Shown here piece by piece: positions 10,287 through 20,498 of a DNA stretch of 64,000 bases. Numbering within the stretch: the stretch's first letter is position 1; each line of letters opens with the position of its first letter. Source of the DNA: Gammaproteobacteria bacterium (lineage in GTDB: Bacteria > Pseudomonadota > Gammaproteobacteria > Eutrophobiales > Eutrophobiaceae); assembly GCA_965243205.1 (NCBI GenBank), contig CBDEUK010000002.1:2240001-2304000 (forward strand), given 5' to 3'. The position numbers were made by a program, and so were the translations under genes. A model generated the notes under the pieces. That model did not search any database, had not been told where the DNA came from, and saw nothing but the letters and a program-made list of their open reading frames with translations.

Positions 10287-12889
10287 AAACCACAAACGAA
10301 ATACGCGAACTGTTTTTACAGTATTTTAAGAAGCAACAGCACCAGATAGTTGCCAGCAGTTCATTAGTTCCTGCGAATGATCCAACGCTCTTATTTACCA
10401 ATGCAGGTATGGTTCAATTCAAAGAAGTGTTCCTGGGGCAAGATGATCGAGGTTACTCTCGTGCCACCAGTTCCCAACGTTGTGTACGTGCGGGTGGTAA
10501 ACACAATGATTTGGAAAACGTTGGTTATACCGCTCGTCACCATACCTTTTTTGAAATGCTTGGCAATTTTAGTTTTGGTGATTATTTCAAAAAAGAAGCC
10601 ATTCAATTCGCTTGGGAGTTTTTAACCAAAGAGCTAGGTTTACCTGAAGAAAAGCTCTGGGTCACTGTCTACACTGATGATGAAGAAGCCGAGAAAATTT
10701 GGCTCAATGATATTGGTGTTTCTAAAGATCTCATGAGTCGTTGCGGTGAAAAAGATAATTTTTGGTCGATGGGAGATACAGGACCATGCGGACCATGTAG
10801 TGAAATTTTTTACGATCATGGACCCGAAATTCCTGGTGGTCCTCCTGGTAGTCCCGATGAAGATGCCGATAGATATATCGAAATTTGGAATTTAGTTTTT
10901 ACTCAATTTGATCGTGCTAAAGATGGAACCTTAAATCCGTTACCAAAACCATCTGTTGATACAGGTATGGGTCTAGAGCGTATCGCTGCCGTGATGCAAG
11001 GCGTTCACAATAATTATGATATCGATTTATTTAAGAACCTGATAAAAGCAATTCATGATTTAGCAGGCGGACGAGATTTAGAAACGATGTCGACACGCGT
11101 AGTCGCTGATCATATTCGTTCTTGTGCATTCTTGATTTCAGATGGCGTGATTCCATCAAACGAAGGACGAGGTTACGTGTTAAGACGAATCATCCGCCGC
11201 GCGATTCGTCATGGTAATAAGCTTGGCTTTAATGAACCGTTCTTTCATAAATTAGTTGCCGCTTTAGTAGTTGAGATGGGCGATGCTTATCCTGAGTTGA
11301 AAGATAATCAAGCTCAAATTGAAAAGGTTTTAAAACAAGAAGAAGAGCGTTTTGCAGAAACACTCGGACAAGGATTGAAATTGTTCAAAGATGTGATTGC
11401 CAAGATGGATGGCAAAGAAGTCCCAGGGGATGAGGTATTTAAACTTTATGATACTTATGGATTCCCTGTGGATTTAACGGCAGATATTGCACGTGAGCAA
11501 GGACTCACTATAGATATGAAAGGCTATGAGTCATCTATGGCAAATCAAAAAGCCAAAGCCCGAGCAGCCAGTAAATTTGAAATGGATGCGAGTCTATTTC
11601 CTCAAATAGACAAAGAGACTGAGTTCTTAGGTTATGTTTCGTTGCAAGAGAAAACCAAAATAGCGGATATATTTCAAGAAGGACGTTCAGTCAACGAGAT
11701 AAAAGCCGGTGAGTCAGGTGGTATAGTTTTGGATTCGACCCCCTTCTATGCTGAGTCGGGGGGGCAAGTGGGTGACCAAGGACTTATATTTGGTGGTGAT
11801 GCTGAATTTAAAGTTGAAGATACACTTAAACAGGGTAAGGCTCATATTCATATCGGTAAATTAGATAAGGGCGTTCTCAAAGTTGGTGAACAAGTTACGG
11901 CAGTTGTGAATGAGAACCGTCGCAGTGACATTGTTCGAAACCATTCTGCTACCCACTTATTACACGCAGCTTTAAGGACAATACTCGGTTCTCATGTTCA
12001 GCAAAAAGGTTCTCTGGTAGCACCAGAACGTTTGCGTTTTGATTTCTCGCATCCTGAGCCGATTCAAACTGAAAAATTACGTGAAATTGAGCGATTGGTT
12101 AATTCAGTCATTTTACGTAATGAAGAAGCTGAGATTCAGGTGATGGGATTAGACGACGCAAAGAAATCTGGAGCTATGTCTTTATTCGGTGAGAAATATG
12201 AATCAGAAGTACGAGTTTTGAATATTGGCGCCAGTTTTTCCATCGAACTTTGTGGTGGTACCCATGTAACTCATTCTGGTGATATCGGCTTATTTAAGAT
12301 CGTAACTGAAACTGGTATTGCTTCTGGCGTCAGAAGAATCGAAGCCGTTACAGGTCGTGGTGCAATGAATTGGGTTGAACAAAGTGAAACTCAAATATCT
12401 GAAATAAGTGAATTACTCAAAAGTGATCAGGACAATCTAGTTCAAAAACTGAAACAACAATTAGAAAAAAATAAACTACTGGAAAAAGAACTCGATCAAC
12501 TGAAATCCAAATTAGCCAGCAATGCTGGTAATGATATGGTGTCCGAAGCGGTTGAGATTGACGGAATCAAAGTTTTAGCCAAGCATTTAGAAAACGTTGA
12601 TCCAAAAACATTACGCGATACCGTTGATCAACTTAAAAATAAACTAGGTTCAGCGGCACTGGTATTAGCAACGGTTAAAGATAATAAAGTGAGTTTGGTC
12701 GCGGGCGTAACGAAAGACCAAACAGATAAGGTAAAAGCGGGTGAATTAGTGAATTTTGTTGCCCAACAGGTCGGTGGTAAAGGTGGTGGTAGACCTGATA
12801 TGGCTCAAGCTGGTGGTAATAATCCTGCTGAATTGGATAATGCTTTAACGGGTGTCAGCGATTGGGTTAAAGAACAACTATCGAAATAA
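10283..12889 (+). CDS. alaS: alanine--tRNA ligase
   Basis: [29 protein letters not shown] and [14 protein letters not shown] motifs. Confidence 0.99.
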   Translation: MKTTNEIRELFLQYFKKQQHQIVASSSLVPANDPTLLFTNAGMVQFKEVFLGQDDRGYSRATSSQRCVRAGGKHNDLENVGYTARHHTFFEMLGNFSFGDYFKKEAIQFAWEFLTKELGLPEEKLWVTVYTDDEEAEKIWLNDIGVSKDLMSRCGEKDNFWSMGDTGPCGPCSEIFYDHGPEIPGGPPGSPDEDADRYIEIWNLVFTQFDRAKDGTLNPLPKPSVDTGMGLERIAAVMQGVHNNYDIDLFKNLIKAIHDLAGGRDLETMSTRVVADHIRSCAFLISDGVIPSNEGRGYVLRRIIRRAIRHGNKLGFNEPFFHKLVAALVVEMGDAYPELKDNQAQIEKVLKQEEERFAETLGQGLKLFKDVIAKMDGKEVPGDEVFKLYDTYGFPVDLTADIAREQGLTIDMKGYESSMANQKAKARAASKFEMDASLFPQIDKETEFLGYVSLQEKTKIADIFQEGRSVNEIKAGESGGIVLDSTPFYAESGGQVGDQGLIFGGDAEFKVEDTLKQGKAHIHIGKLDKGVLKVGEQVTAVVNENRRSDIVRNHSATHLLHAALRTILGSHVQQKGSLVAPERLRFDFSHPEPIQTEKLREIERLVNSVILRNEEAEIQVMGLDDAKKSGAMSLFGEKYESEVRVLNIGASFSIELCGGTHVTHSGDIGLFKIVTETGIASGVRRIEAVTGRGAMNWVEQSETQISEISELLKSDQDNLVQKLKQQLEKNKLLEKELDQLKSKLASNAGNDMVSEAVEIDGIKVLAKHLENVDPKTLRDTVDQLKNKLGSAALVLATVKDNKVSLVAGVTKDQTDKVKAGELVNFVAQQVGGKGGGRPDMAQAGGNNPAELDNALTGVSDWVKEQLSK

Positions 12890-13038
12890 TCATATATTAT
12901 TATTTATCTATATGAATATTGCATAAAGCAATAATAAATAAGCAAAAAATAAGCATTTCATTGGATTTTAGAGGATTTTACATTCCACTTTTTGGAAAAT
13001 TCAGCTAAAATCCCGCCTTTTATCTGCCCCTGGAGTAA

Positions 13039-14265
13039 ATGGCTCTTTTAGTACAAAAATTTGGTGGGACATCTGTAGGAACCAGCGAACGCATTTTGGC
13101 GATCACTGAACAGATTATTTCTAACCGAAATAAGGGTCATGATTTAGTAGTGGTTGTATCTGCCATGAGTGGAGAAACCAACCGTTTAGTTGATTTGGCT
13201 AGTTCCGTCAGCGAATCCCCTAATGAACGTGAAATGGATGTCCTGCTTTCAACCGGAGAACAGGTTACTATTGCTTTACTTAGTATGGCATTGCAGGCTC
13301 GTAATTGCCCTGCAATATCTTATACTGGTAGTCAGGTACAGATAAAAACAGATAATACTCATACTAAGGCACGAATTCTTGAAATCGATGCTGAAAATGT
13401 TAAAAGTGATTTAGCTAAAGGAAAAGTTGTCGTGATCGCTGGTTTTCAAGGAATTGATGAAAACGGTGATATTACTACCTTGGGACGTGGTGGTTCGGAT
13501 ACCACTGCTGTAGCAATGGCTGCTGCATTAGATGCAGATGAATGTCAGATATTTACTGACGTTGATGGCGTATATACAGCTGACCCAAGAATTGTTCAGG
13601 ATGCGTCAAAAATGGAACGCATCACCTATGAAGAAATGCTCGAAATGGCGAGCTTAGGATCAAAAGTTTTACAGATTCGATCAGTTGAATTTGCCAGAAA
13701 ATATAATGTCCCATTAAGGGTATTATCATCATTTACCCAAGGTACTGGTACACTGATTGGAGATGAGGAAAATAATGTGGAAGCAGCACTTATTTCAGGT
13801 ATTGCGCACAACCGAGACGAAGCAAAAGTAACGGTTGTTGGAGTACCAGATCAACCTGGAATTGCACACGCGATTTTAGGTCCAATTGCAGATATCAATG
13901 TCGAAGTGGACATGATAGTGCAAAATGTCGGTGTCGATAATACGACTGATTTTACCTTCACCGTACATAGAAATGATTACGACAAGTCTTTGCGAAAGCT
14001 AGAAGAAGTAGCAAATGAACTTGGAGCATCAGCAGTAAAAGGAGATGACAGAATAGTGAAAATATCGGTTGTAGGAGTCGGTATGCGTTCACACGCTGGC
14101 ATCGCGAGCAAGATGTTCAAGGCCCTAGCAGATGAAGGTATTAATATCATGATGATATCAACATCAGAAATTAAGGTTTCTGTCGTTGTTGAAGAGAAGT
14201 ATTTGGAGTTGGGTGTAAGAACTTTACATTCGGCCTTCGGCCTAGAAGGAGAAGCTGCAGCTTAA
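13039..14265 (+). CDS. lysC: aspartate kinase
   Basis: VQKFGGTSV and TLGRGGSDTTA motifs, two ACT domains. Confidence 0.97.
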   Translation: MALLVQKFGGTSVGTSERILAITEQIISNRNKGHDLVVVVSAMSGETNRLVDLASSVSESPNEREMDVLLSTGEQVTIALLSMALQARNCPAISYTGSQVQIKTDNTHTKARILEIDAENVKSDLAKGKVVVIAGFQGIDENGDITTLGRGGSDTTAVAMAAALDADECQIFTDVDGVYTADPRIVQDASKMERITYEEMLEMASLGSKVLQIRSVEFARKYNVPLRVLSSFTQGTGTLIGDEENNVEAALISGIAHNRDEAKVTVVGVPDQPGIAHAILGPIADINVEVDMIVQNVGVDNTTDFTFTVHRNDYDKSLRKLEEVANELGASAVKGDDRIVKISVVGVGMRSHAGIASKMFKALADEGINIMMISTSEIKVSVVVEEKYLELGVRTLHSAFGLEGEAAA

Positions 14266-14349
14266 GTATTAGTTGTTAGCTGGAAAGATCTGCGGAAGTA
14301 AATTAAGGAAGATATTTATAAAAAATGAGCGATAGTAGGAGATGTAAAA

Positions 14350-14553
14350 ATGTTAATTTTAACTAGAAGAGTTGGCGAATCGTTGATGATTGGCGATGAT
14401 GTCAATGTTACCGTTCTAGGTATACGTGGTAACCAAGTCAGAATTGGTGTTAATGCACCAAAAGAAGTTTCTGTACACCGCGAAGAAATTTACGAGCGTA
14501 TACAACAAGAAAAGAGCGGCAATGCACCATCGTCTCAAGACGAACAAGAGTAA
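14350..14553 (+). CDS. csrA: carbon storage regulator CsrA/RsmA
   Basis: [17 protein letters not shown]...VHREEIY. Confidence 0.99.
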   Translation: MLILTRRVGESLMIGDDVNVTVLGIRGNQVRIGVNAPKEVSVHREEIYERIQQEKSGNAPSSQDEQE

Positions 14554-14751
14554 TTAATATCAAGATATTTTTTTAAAAAAAGGATTTTTCTTGTTTAAAC
14601 AAAGCAAAATTTATTGCATTGCATGTGCACGTTAGTAAGGTTGCTATTTAAGCATGCAATATCATAAGTGTAGTTATCTATACCCTTAAATTTTTATTAT
14701 TGTCCTACTTTTTCTAGACTTTCAATGATCTAAAGATAAAATAAAACAAAC

Positions 14752-14875
14752 GGAGAGGTGGCCGACAATTTTGTCAGGAACAAAATTGGACATTTGAGCA
14801 AAGCGAAAATGGTACGAAGTACCGAAGCTCAGGATGAGCTGAGTCAACGGCTGAAGGTAATCGACGAAGTCGATT
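14752..14875 (+). other. truncated tRNA-Ser 5' duplicate with a structured CAGGA-hairpin insert in the D-loop
   Basis: GGAGAGGTGGCCGA [82-nt insert] CGGCTGAAGG matches the 5' end of the downstream tRNA-Ser; ends in the hairpin AATCGAC-GAA-GTCGATT. Confidence 0.85.
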
Positions 14876-14920
14876 TTAAGAGTAAGCTAAACAATATAAT
14901 ATTTTAATAATATATATAAC

Positions 14921-15012
14921 GGAGAGGTGGCCGAGCGGCTGAAGGCGCTCCCCTGCTAAGGGAGTATACGGTTTATCCCGTATCGAGGGTTCGAATCCCT
15001 CTCTCTCCGCCA
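14921..15012 (+). tRNA. tRNA-Ser(GCT)
   Basis: Cloverleaf with anticodon arm CTCCC-ctGCTaa-GGGAG, long variable arm, GGTTCGAATCC and encoded CCA. Confidence 0.97.
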
Positions 15013-15058
15013 TTTGACTATCTCGATCAAATCTATATTATTCGCCGTTCTTAATTAC

Positions 15059-15152
15059 GCGCCCGTAGCTCAGTGGACGACGTGCAGGAGCACAAGTGTC
15101 GCGAGAGGCAGGACGCCGATAGCGACGAGAGTACCGCAACACGAAGTGTTGC
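15059..15152 (+). other. truncated tRNA-Arg 5' duplicate with a structured CAGGA-hairpin insert in the D-loop
   Basis: GCGCCCGTAGCTCAG-TGGA [50-nt insert] AGAGTACC matches the 5' end of tRNA-Arg; ends in the hairpin GCAACAC-GAA-GTGTTGC. Confidence 0.85.
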
Positions 15153-15197
15153 TTAGATAGAACTTAAGTAAGTAACAATTTATACTTTTCATATAAC

Positions 15198-15274
15198 GCG
15201 CCCGTAGCTCAGCTGGATAGAGTACCTGGCTACGAACTAGGGGGTCGGAGGTTCGAATCCTTCCGGGCGCGCCA
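15198..15274 (+). tRNA. tRNA-Arg(ACG)
   Basis: 77-nt cloverleaf with ctACGaa anticodon loop, GGTTCGAATCC and CCA. Confidence 0.97.
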
Positions 15275-15283
15275 TTTAAAATA

Positions 15284-15305
15284 GCCACCTATCAGGTGGT
15301 TTTTT
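15284..15305 (+). terminator. intrinsic terminator after the tRNA cluster
   Basis: GCCACCT-atc-AGGTGGT followed by a T tract. Confidence 0.8.
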
Positions 15306-15482
15306 ATTTCATCAATAGTAAATCGTAATTCAAATACTCCATTTAATAATCATTGATATGCAAGAACTGCTTTGTATTTTTCTTGCAGTTACATAGATGC
15401 TCATCCACTTTAGTAATACCAATAGATAAATCGCAAACATTATCAAATCAATCCTCTTATTATGAAACTCCGAGGTAAATAG

Positions 15483-16364
15483 ATGAAAAAGAGCACAGGT
15501 CAAAATTATCGTAAGCGGCTAAGCAAAGTTGTTGATTATATTTATCAACATTTGGATGAAGATTTAGGTGTAAACACATTGGCTGAGATTGCGATGATGT
15601 CGCCATATCATTTTCATCGAATTTATCGTGAGATGGCACAAGAAACGGTGAATGCTACTGTCAGAAGATTACGTCTTGAGAGAGCAGCTTCGGATTTAAT
15701 CCGCACCAATTTGCCGTTATTAACTATTGCTAAGAGTGTTTCTTATGGAAGTTTAGAAGCGTTTAGTCGTGCATTCACTAATCAGTATGGAGAATCACCA
15801 AGTCAATATCGCGCAGATCGAAATGTTTCAACAATGAAACAGGAGATATCTATGCCAGTTATGTTAGATCCACAAGAGGAGTATTACGATATGTATGATG
15901 TAGAAATGTTAGATTTTGAAGGTGTTTATTTAGCAGGATATGAACATCAAGGAGACTATATGGAGATTGGTAACGTGTTTGAAAAAATATTTTTATATGC
16001 AAGTAGTCATGGGCTTATGAGTGAGAAAACTCGATCATTCGGTATCTATTATGATGATCCAAAATCTGTTGATGAAAAAGATTTGCGTTCAATGGCGTGT
16101 ATTAGTGTTGAACAGAGCTTGGAAAGTAAAGATGAAGATGCCCCGAACGATATCACGGTTCCTGCGAGTAAATGTGCGAGTGTTTTGTTTAAAGGTTCCT
16201 ATGCAGAGTTAGAGAAGCCATACGATTGGTTCTTTGGTCATTGGTTACCTCAAAGCGGCTATGAAGCTGCAGACTTCCCACCTTTTGAAGAATATTTGAA
16301 TGATCCTAAAACGACTCCGCCGAGTGAGTTATTAACCAGGATTTATTGTTTATTGGCTGAATAA
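15483..16364 (+). CDS. AraC-family regulator with a GyrI-like effector domain
   Basis: SPYHFHRIY and AFSRAF HTH motifs; C-terminal WLPQSG..EEYLNDP. Confidence 0.9.
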   Translation: MKKSTGQNYRKRLSKVVDYIYQHLDEDLGVNTLAEIAMMSPYHFHRIYREMAQETVNATVRRLRLERAASDLIRTNLPLLTIAKSVSYGSLEAFSRAFTNQYGESPSQYRADRNVSTMKQEISMPVMLDPQEEYYDMYDVEMLDFEGVYLAGYEHQGDYMEIGNVFEKIFLYASSHGLMSEKTRSFGIYYDDPKSVDEKDLRSMACISVEQSLESKDEDAPNDITVPASKCASVLFKGSYAELEKPYDWFFGHWLPQSGYEAADFPPFEEYLNDPKTTPPSELLTRIYCLLAE

Positions 16365-16576
16365 TCTATGCAATTTATTCGTATAGAAAAATACCATGAA
16401 CTCTAGCAGTTACGGGTTGGTAACTTAAATATTAAAGTGTTTTATTGTTGATCGAGATATTGAGGGTTTAAGTTCTTTTAAGCCTGCTAATTGCCAATTT
16501 GGTCACAAAAAAATCTAGATTAACTATCTAAACTCCTTGTCATAACAGTGTGTTATTAATTTACAAGAGAGTATCT

Positions 16577-17236
16577 ATGATAAAACAAACGATTAATAAA
16601 ACAGTTTTAGTGATTTCAATTGCAGCGTTAGCAGGTTGTACTACGCTCAATCCTAATACAGGTGAGAAAGAAGCAAACCGTACTGGTACTGGTGCTTTGG
16701 TTGGTGCAGCAACAGGTGCGGTTGCAGGTATTTTAATTGGTGACAGTAAAAAAGCTGCAATCATAGGCGCGGGTGTTGGTGCGCTAGGTGGCGCTGCGGT
16801 TGGTGCTTACATGGATAAGCAAGAAAAGGAATTGCGTGAAAGCCTTGCTAATACCAATGTTGAAGTTGAACGACAAGGTGACAATATTAAATTAAATATG
16901 CCGTCATCAATTACATTTGATGTTAATAAGTCAGACATTAAGCCTGCGTTTTATCCAGTCTTAGATGAGATTAGCCAAACCTTATCACAATATGAATCGA
17001 CGGTTGTTCATATTGCTGGTCATACCGATAGCACTGGTGCTGATGAATATAATCAGCAACTTTCTATGAACCGTGCAAATAGTGTGAGTAGTTATTGGGT
17101 GCCGCGTGGAGTCATTCAAGAAAGAATGGTGATAACAGGTTATGGAGAAACATTACCTATTGCTGATAATGCAACGAGTGAAGGACGACAAGCGAATCGA
17201 AGAGTGGAAATTACATTACAGCCTTTAACTCAATAA
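16577..17236 (+). CDS. OmpA-family lipoprotein with glycine zipper (YiaD-like)
   Basis: Lipobox LAGC; GHTDSTG and NRRVEI motifs. Confidence 0.9.
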   Translation: MIKQTINKTVLVISIAALAGCTTLNPNTGEKEANRTGTGALVGAATGAVAGILIGDSKKAAIIGAGVGALGGAAVGAYMDKQEKELRESLANTNVEVERQGDNIKLNMPSSITFDVNKSDIKPAFYPVLDEISQTLSQYESTVVHIAGHTDSTGADEYNQQLSMNRANSVSSYWVPRGVIQERMVITGYGETLPIADNATSEGRQANRRVEITLQPLTQ

Positions 17237-17256
17237 GAAGCAATATATACGCAAAT

Positions 17257-17282
17257 AAAAAACCCGCTTTTGCGGGTTTTTT
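17257..17282. terminator. bidirectional intrinsic terminator
   Basis: AAAAAACCCGC-tttt-GCGGGTTTTTT between convergent genes. Confidence 0.85.
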
Positions 17283-17338
17283 ATTAAGATGTATTTGAGT
17301 AGATTACCAGAAAGATAAAAGTTTTAAATTTACAGTGT

Positions 17339-18460
17339 TTATTCTTTAAACAATAAAGCTCTTTCTTCAGTATGAGGATGAGTTGAAAAATACGTAGACC
17401 AGTTACTAAAGGATTTTTCTTCTGGTTCTTTTTCATCGTTTATAGCAATGTCTTCTTTAACTTCAATAGTGGTTATATCTTCAATTTCAAGTTCATCACA
17501 ATCTTCTTCGCATTCTTCTTCAGGTGGTGTCCATTGTTCAAGTTTACGTAATATATCTGGAAAACTATTGAGCGGTATATCGTATTTCTTCATATAGGCA
17601 TGTGCGAAACTGTCTGCCTCACGTTCGAAATCTCTGGAATAACCCAGTTCCATAAACAACGCAGGGAAACCCAGTATATCTGCAGGTATTTGTGTTGCAT
17701 CGCCTGAAATCATGAGTATTGCGAATGAAACAAAGCTGCTTTGTACGATTCGTCTTAATGTATGTCTATAGTGAATGTGTCCAATTTCATGTGCGAGCAC
17801 GGCCGATATTTGATCGTCGTTATCAGCGAGTTGTATAAATTCATCTGTTGCGATAATTAAGCAAGGAGGTAAGGCAAAGGCGTTTGGTCCAAAGGAATCA
17901 ACAGCCGAATAAAATTTTAATTCGCAATTACTAGTTTGCATTTCAGAATTAATAACAATAGTTTCAAATAATTTACTAACTTGTTTTTGTTTTTCTTGGG
18001 ACAGAGTTGTTTCTTCAAAACTTGTGTAATCGATAAAAGAAAGAATTTGTTTCCCAAGCGACTCGGTCATGGATTCTGGTAGTTGGTAAGCAATATATTT
18101 AGAGGTTTTAGGTAAACCATCGGTTAAAAACCACCAGCTAAAAATACCTAGAAGGACAACGGCAGATAACCCAATCAATAAATTACTTTCAATGGTATGC
18201 AAAGTAAATTTTGATGAGTGTTGTTTAAATAATGAGTCGACTTCATCATTATCATTGGTTTCAAACATACAATCATCATCGAAGCGCAAACGCCTAGGTG
18301 TGTTGCCTAGGCGTGAAGACACTTCAATGCTGTTGAGGCTGTATTGTTTACTGGTAGATGGCGTAGAGATTTTTACATAACCACTATCATCATAAGATAA
18401 TGTGGCTTCTTCACTACCTGAACGCTGGCCATCAAACCATAGTCCTTTTATTTGGTTCAT
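17339..18460 (-). CDS. M48-family metallopeptidase
   Basis: NAFALP, HEIGH, YSRDFEREAD and STHP motifs. Confidence 0.9.
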   Translation of the reverse strand: MNQIKGLWFDGQRSGSEEATLSYDDSGYVKISTPSTSKQYSLNSIEVSSRLGNTPRRLRFDDDCMFETNDNDEVDSLFKQHSSKFTLHTIESNLLIGLSAVVLLGIFSWWFLTDGLPKTSKYIAYQLPESMTESLGKQILSFIDYTSFEETTLSQEKQKQVSKLFETIVINSEMQTSNCELKFYSAVDSFGPNAFALPPCLIIATDEFIQLADNDDQISAVLAHEIGHIHYRHTLRRIVQSSFVSFAILMISGDATQIPADILGFPALFMELGYSRDFEREADSFAHAYMKKYDIPLNSFPDILRKLEQWTPPEEECEEDCDELEIEDITTIEVKEDIAINDEKEPEEKSFSNWSTYFSTHPHTEERALLFKE

Positions 18461-19512
18461 AAACCAAGATCGAGATCTAATACATCAGCCATTTCTTGAC
18501 CAAACGCATTATCGTCCGATGATTGTTGTTGAACAAAACTATCAAGATCACCGTCAGCCAGAAAATGTGTGTGCTTTGTATAATATTTTGCCATGCGGAT
18601 AGTAACCCAAGGTATGGCTAAGCCAAATGTACATGCAATCGCAAGAAGGTTTGTAATCCATAAAAAGATAAGCGAACGCGCTGACACATTTGATTCTAAA
18701 GAATGTGATTCAATTAGAGTTGAGCTATAGATTAAATTTCGAGTTTTTGCTGTCGCATAAAGAAAAACAATCCCAAACAATGGGTATATAAGAAACGCTG
18801 CAGCAACTGACATCATGGCGTACATATTTTCATCTTCTATTTCTGATGGTATAGGTATGAATTCCGTTCCTATGTAAATAATTCCTATCAAGACAACAAT
18901 TCCTAGCAGTAATAAGCCTATAGTTTTTAAGAAAATCATATAGAAAGAAGAAGGTTTGGCATCCATTACAAATTGTCCATTGCCGTAATAGCTCGAATCA
19001 ACTAGAAACTTTGATTGTCTATAACGGATATATGGCATGATCAAGCCTGCTGTAGGTAATATGAGGATTGGCCAAAGCAGAAATTCTTTTACTGCATCGC
19101 CGATACTTCCTGCGAAATTAAATCGTATATTTCTATAACGCGAGTTTCTATATCGGTATCTTAAAGATGCCACTAATAAGAATGGTAAAACAATAAAGAA
19201 ACCAATAATAAAAACGAACTGTAAATAGGGCCAAAATTCAGAGACTGCAACATACGCAACTAAAATACTAACCGCAATAATTCTGCCTTTTAAGATGTCG
19301 ATTGGATTTGCAGTATATTCAAAGCTAGCATCTTCTAACTTTGTATGGCTGTAAATGTATTGTGTGTTTCTAACTTTTGCCCAAGCTGAATAAATACCTA
19401 GTGTGACTATCGTTAACAGTAAGTTAATGATCCAGATCCCAAAGTACTCACCAGTTTTCCCGGTAAACGTAAATGGAAGTAGTTTTTTTTGAGTATGATC
19501 TGGTAATGTCAT
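18457..19512 (-). CDS. YjgN/DUF898 inner-membrane protein
   Basis: FTGKTGEYFGIW..NLLLTIVTLGIYSAWAKVR; usual pairing with an M48 peptidase. Confidence 0.9.
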   Translation of the reverse strand: MTLPDHTQKKLLPFTFTGKTGEYFGIWIINLLLTIVTLGIYSAWAKVRNTQYIYSHTKLEDASFEYTANPIDILKGRIIAVSILVAYVAVSEFWPYLQFVFIIGFFIVLPFLLVASLRYRYRNSRYRNIRFNFAGSIGDAVKEFLLWPILILPTAGLIMPYIRYRQSKFLVDSSYYGNGQFVMDAKPSSFYMIFLKTIGLLLLGIVVLIGIIYIGTEFIPIPSEIEDENMYAMMSVAAAFLIYPLFGIVFLYATAKTRNLIYSSTLIESHSLESNVSARSLIFLWITNLLAIACTFGLAIPWVTIRMAKYYTKHTHFLADGDLDSFVQQQSSDDNAFGQEMADVLDLDLGL

Positions 19513-19640
19513 AGGAACCTCCTTATTTTTTTATTTATAAACCTTAATGTATTTGAAACTAATTAATCGAAATTAGTAGTATTAATACTTATAAAGTAGA
19601 TAGTTGAATTAATTAATGAGTTATAACTTTCAAGCAAAAT

Positions 19641-19665
19641 AAAACCCGCATTAGCGGGCTTTATT
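19641..19665 (-). terminator. intrinsic terminator after the YegP-family gene
   Basis: AAAACCCGC-atta-GCGGGCTTT. Confidence 0.7.
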
Positions 19666-19687
19666 TAGAGTATGAATAGTATGTAGT

Positions 19688-20017
19688 TTATACCTCTACC
19701 ACATCAGCATCAGCAGCATCTTTCATAACACATTTAACGCCATTATCACGGCTGCTTTCTGAAGCGTAAGATTGGCTAGTACCAATTACTTCCCCATTAC
19801 CCGCTTTCAAGTTAAACATAAACTTGCCTGCGTTGGTTTCTTTCTTTTCGAATTTAGATTCATCTTGTGAATTTTTTTTCACTGACTCAATGCCATTTTT
19901 ACAGCTGGCTTTCGCTTTATAGCCTTCACTAGCAAGGATGTTCTCACCATTACCCGCTTTTAAACGAAAACGAAATTCTCCGCCTTTATCAGTGTAAATC
20001 TCAAATTTTGCAGCCAT
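19688..20017 (-). CDS. YegP/DUF1508 family protein
   Basis: Duplicated F.LKAGNGE.I..S..Y repeat. Confidence 0.9.
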   Translation of the reverse strand: MAAKFEIYTDKGGEFRFRLKAGNGENILASEGYKAKASCKNGIESVKKNSQDESKFEKKETNAGKFMFNLKAGNGEVIGTSQSYASESSRDNGVKCVMKDAADADVVEV

Positions 20018-20231
20018 GATCTTCTCCAGGAATGAGTTCTTTTATTAGAACTATGAGTAAATCATATTATTTATTCACCAACAACTATTTGTTTACTATT
20101 CCTTAATAAAAATCTAAAGAAATAATATTTAAAATCAATAATATAGAAGAAGTTTAGAAAGACTTCATGGAATAATCTCTAAATATTTTATATAGTATTA
20201 AGTTACAAAAATAATCTTAAATTCTTATACC

Positions 20232-20465
20232 ATGAGATGCTATTACTGTAATAAGTTAGTTTGTGGTAAAGAAGGGATTACTCTACCGAAATTAGGTCCA
20301 GCACATACAGTTTGTTTTGAGGCAAACCAGTCAATCAGTCGCGTGTTTAAAAATTTAGTATTAACAGAATTAAGCGATAACGAACTGTCAGAATTAAAAG
20401 AGCTTGTTGTGGCTGAAGAAAATCATCGTAATAGAGATACCAGCGATGATATAGAGTTGTTCTAA
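20232..20465 (+). CDS. small zinc-finger-like protein (DUF2175-like)
   Basis: CxxC...HxxC motif and DIELF C-terminus. Confidence 0.6.
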   Translation: MRCYYCNKLVCGKEGITLPKLGPAHTVCFEANQSISRVFKNLVLTELSDNELSELKELVVAEENHRNRDTSDDIELF

Positions 20466-20498
20466 ATAATCATTTAAAAATACTCAGGAGTCTGCTCA

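Noticed and set aside
14752-15274. CRISPR array or intron-containing tRNAs
   Set aside because: There are only pairwise repeats with no regular repeat-spacer period and no cas genes. The upstream copies lack anticodon, T-arm and 3' acceptor strands, so splicing cannot yield a tRNA.
15070-15288. 72-aa minus-strand ORF
   Set aside because: Antisense to tRNA-Arg and the structured unit; a typical tRNA shadow ORF.
14921-15480. Genomic island integrated at a tRNA
   Set aside because: No integrase and no duplicated tRNA 3' end were seen; the duplications are of 5' ends.
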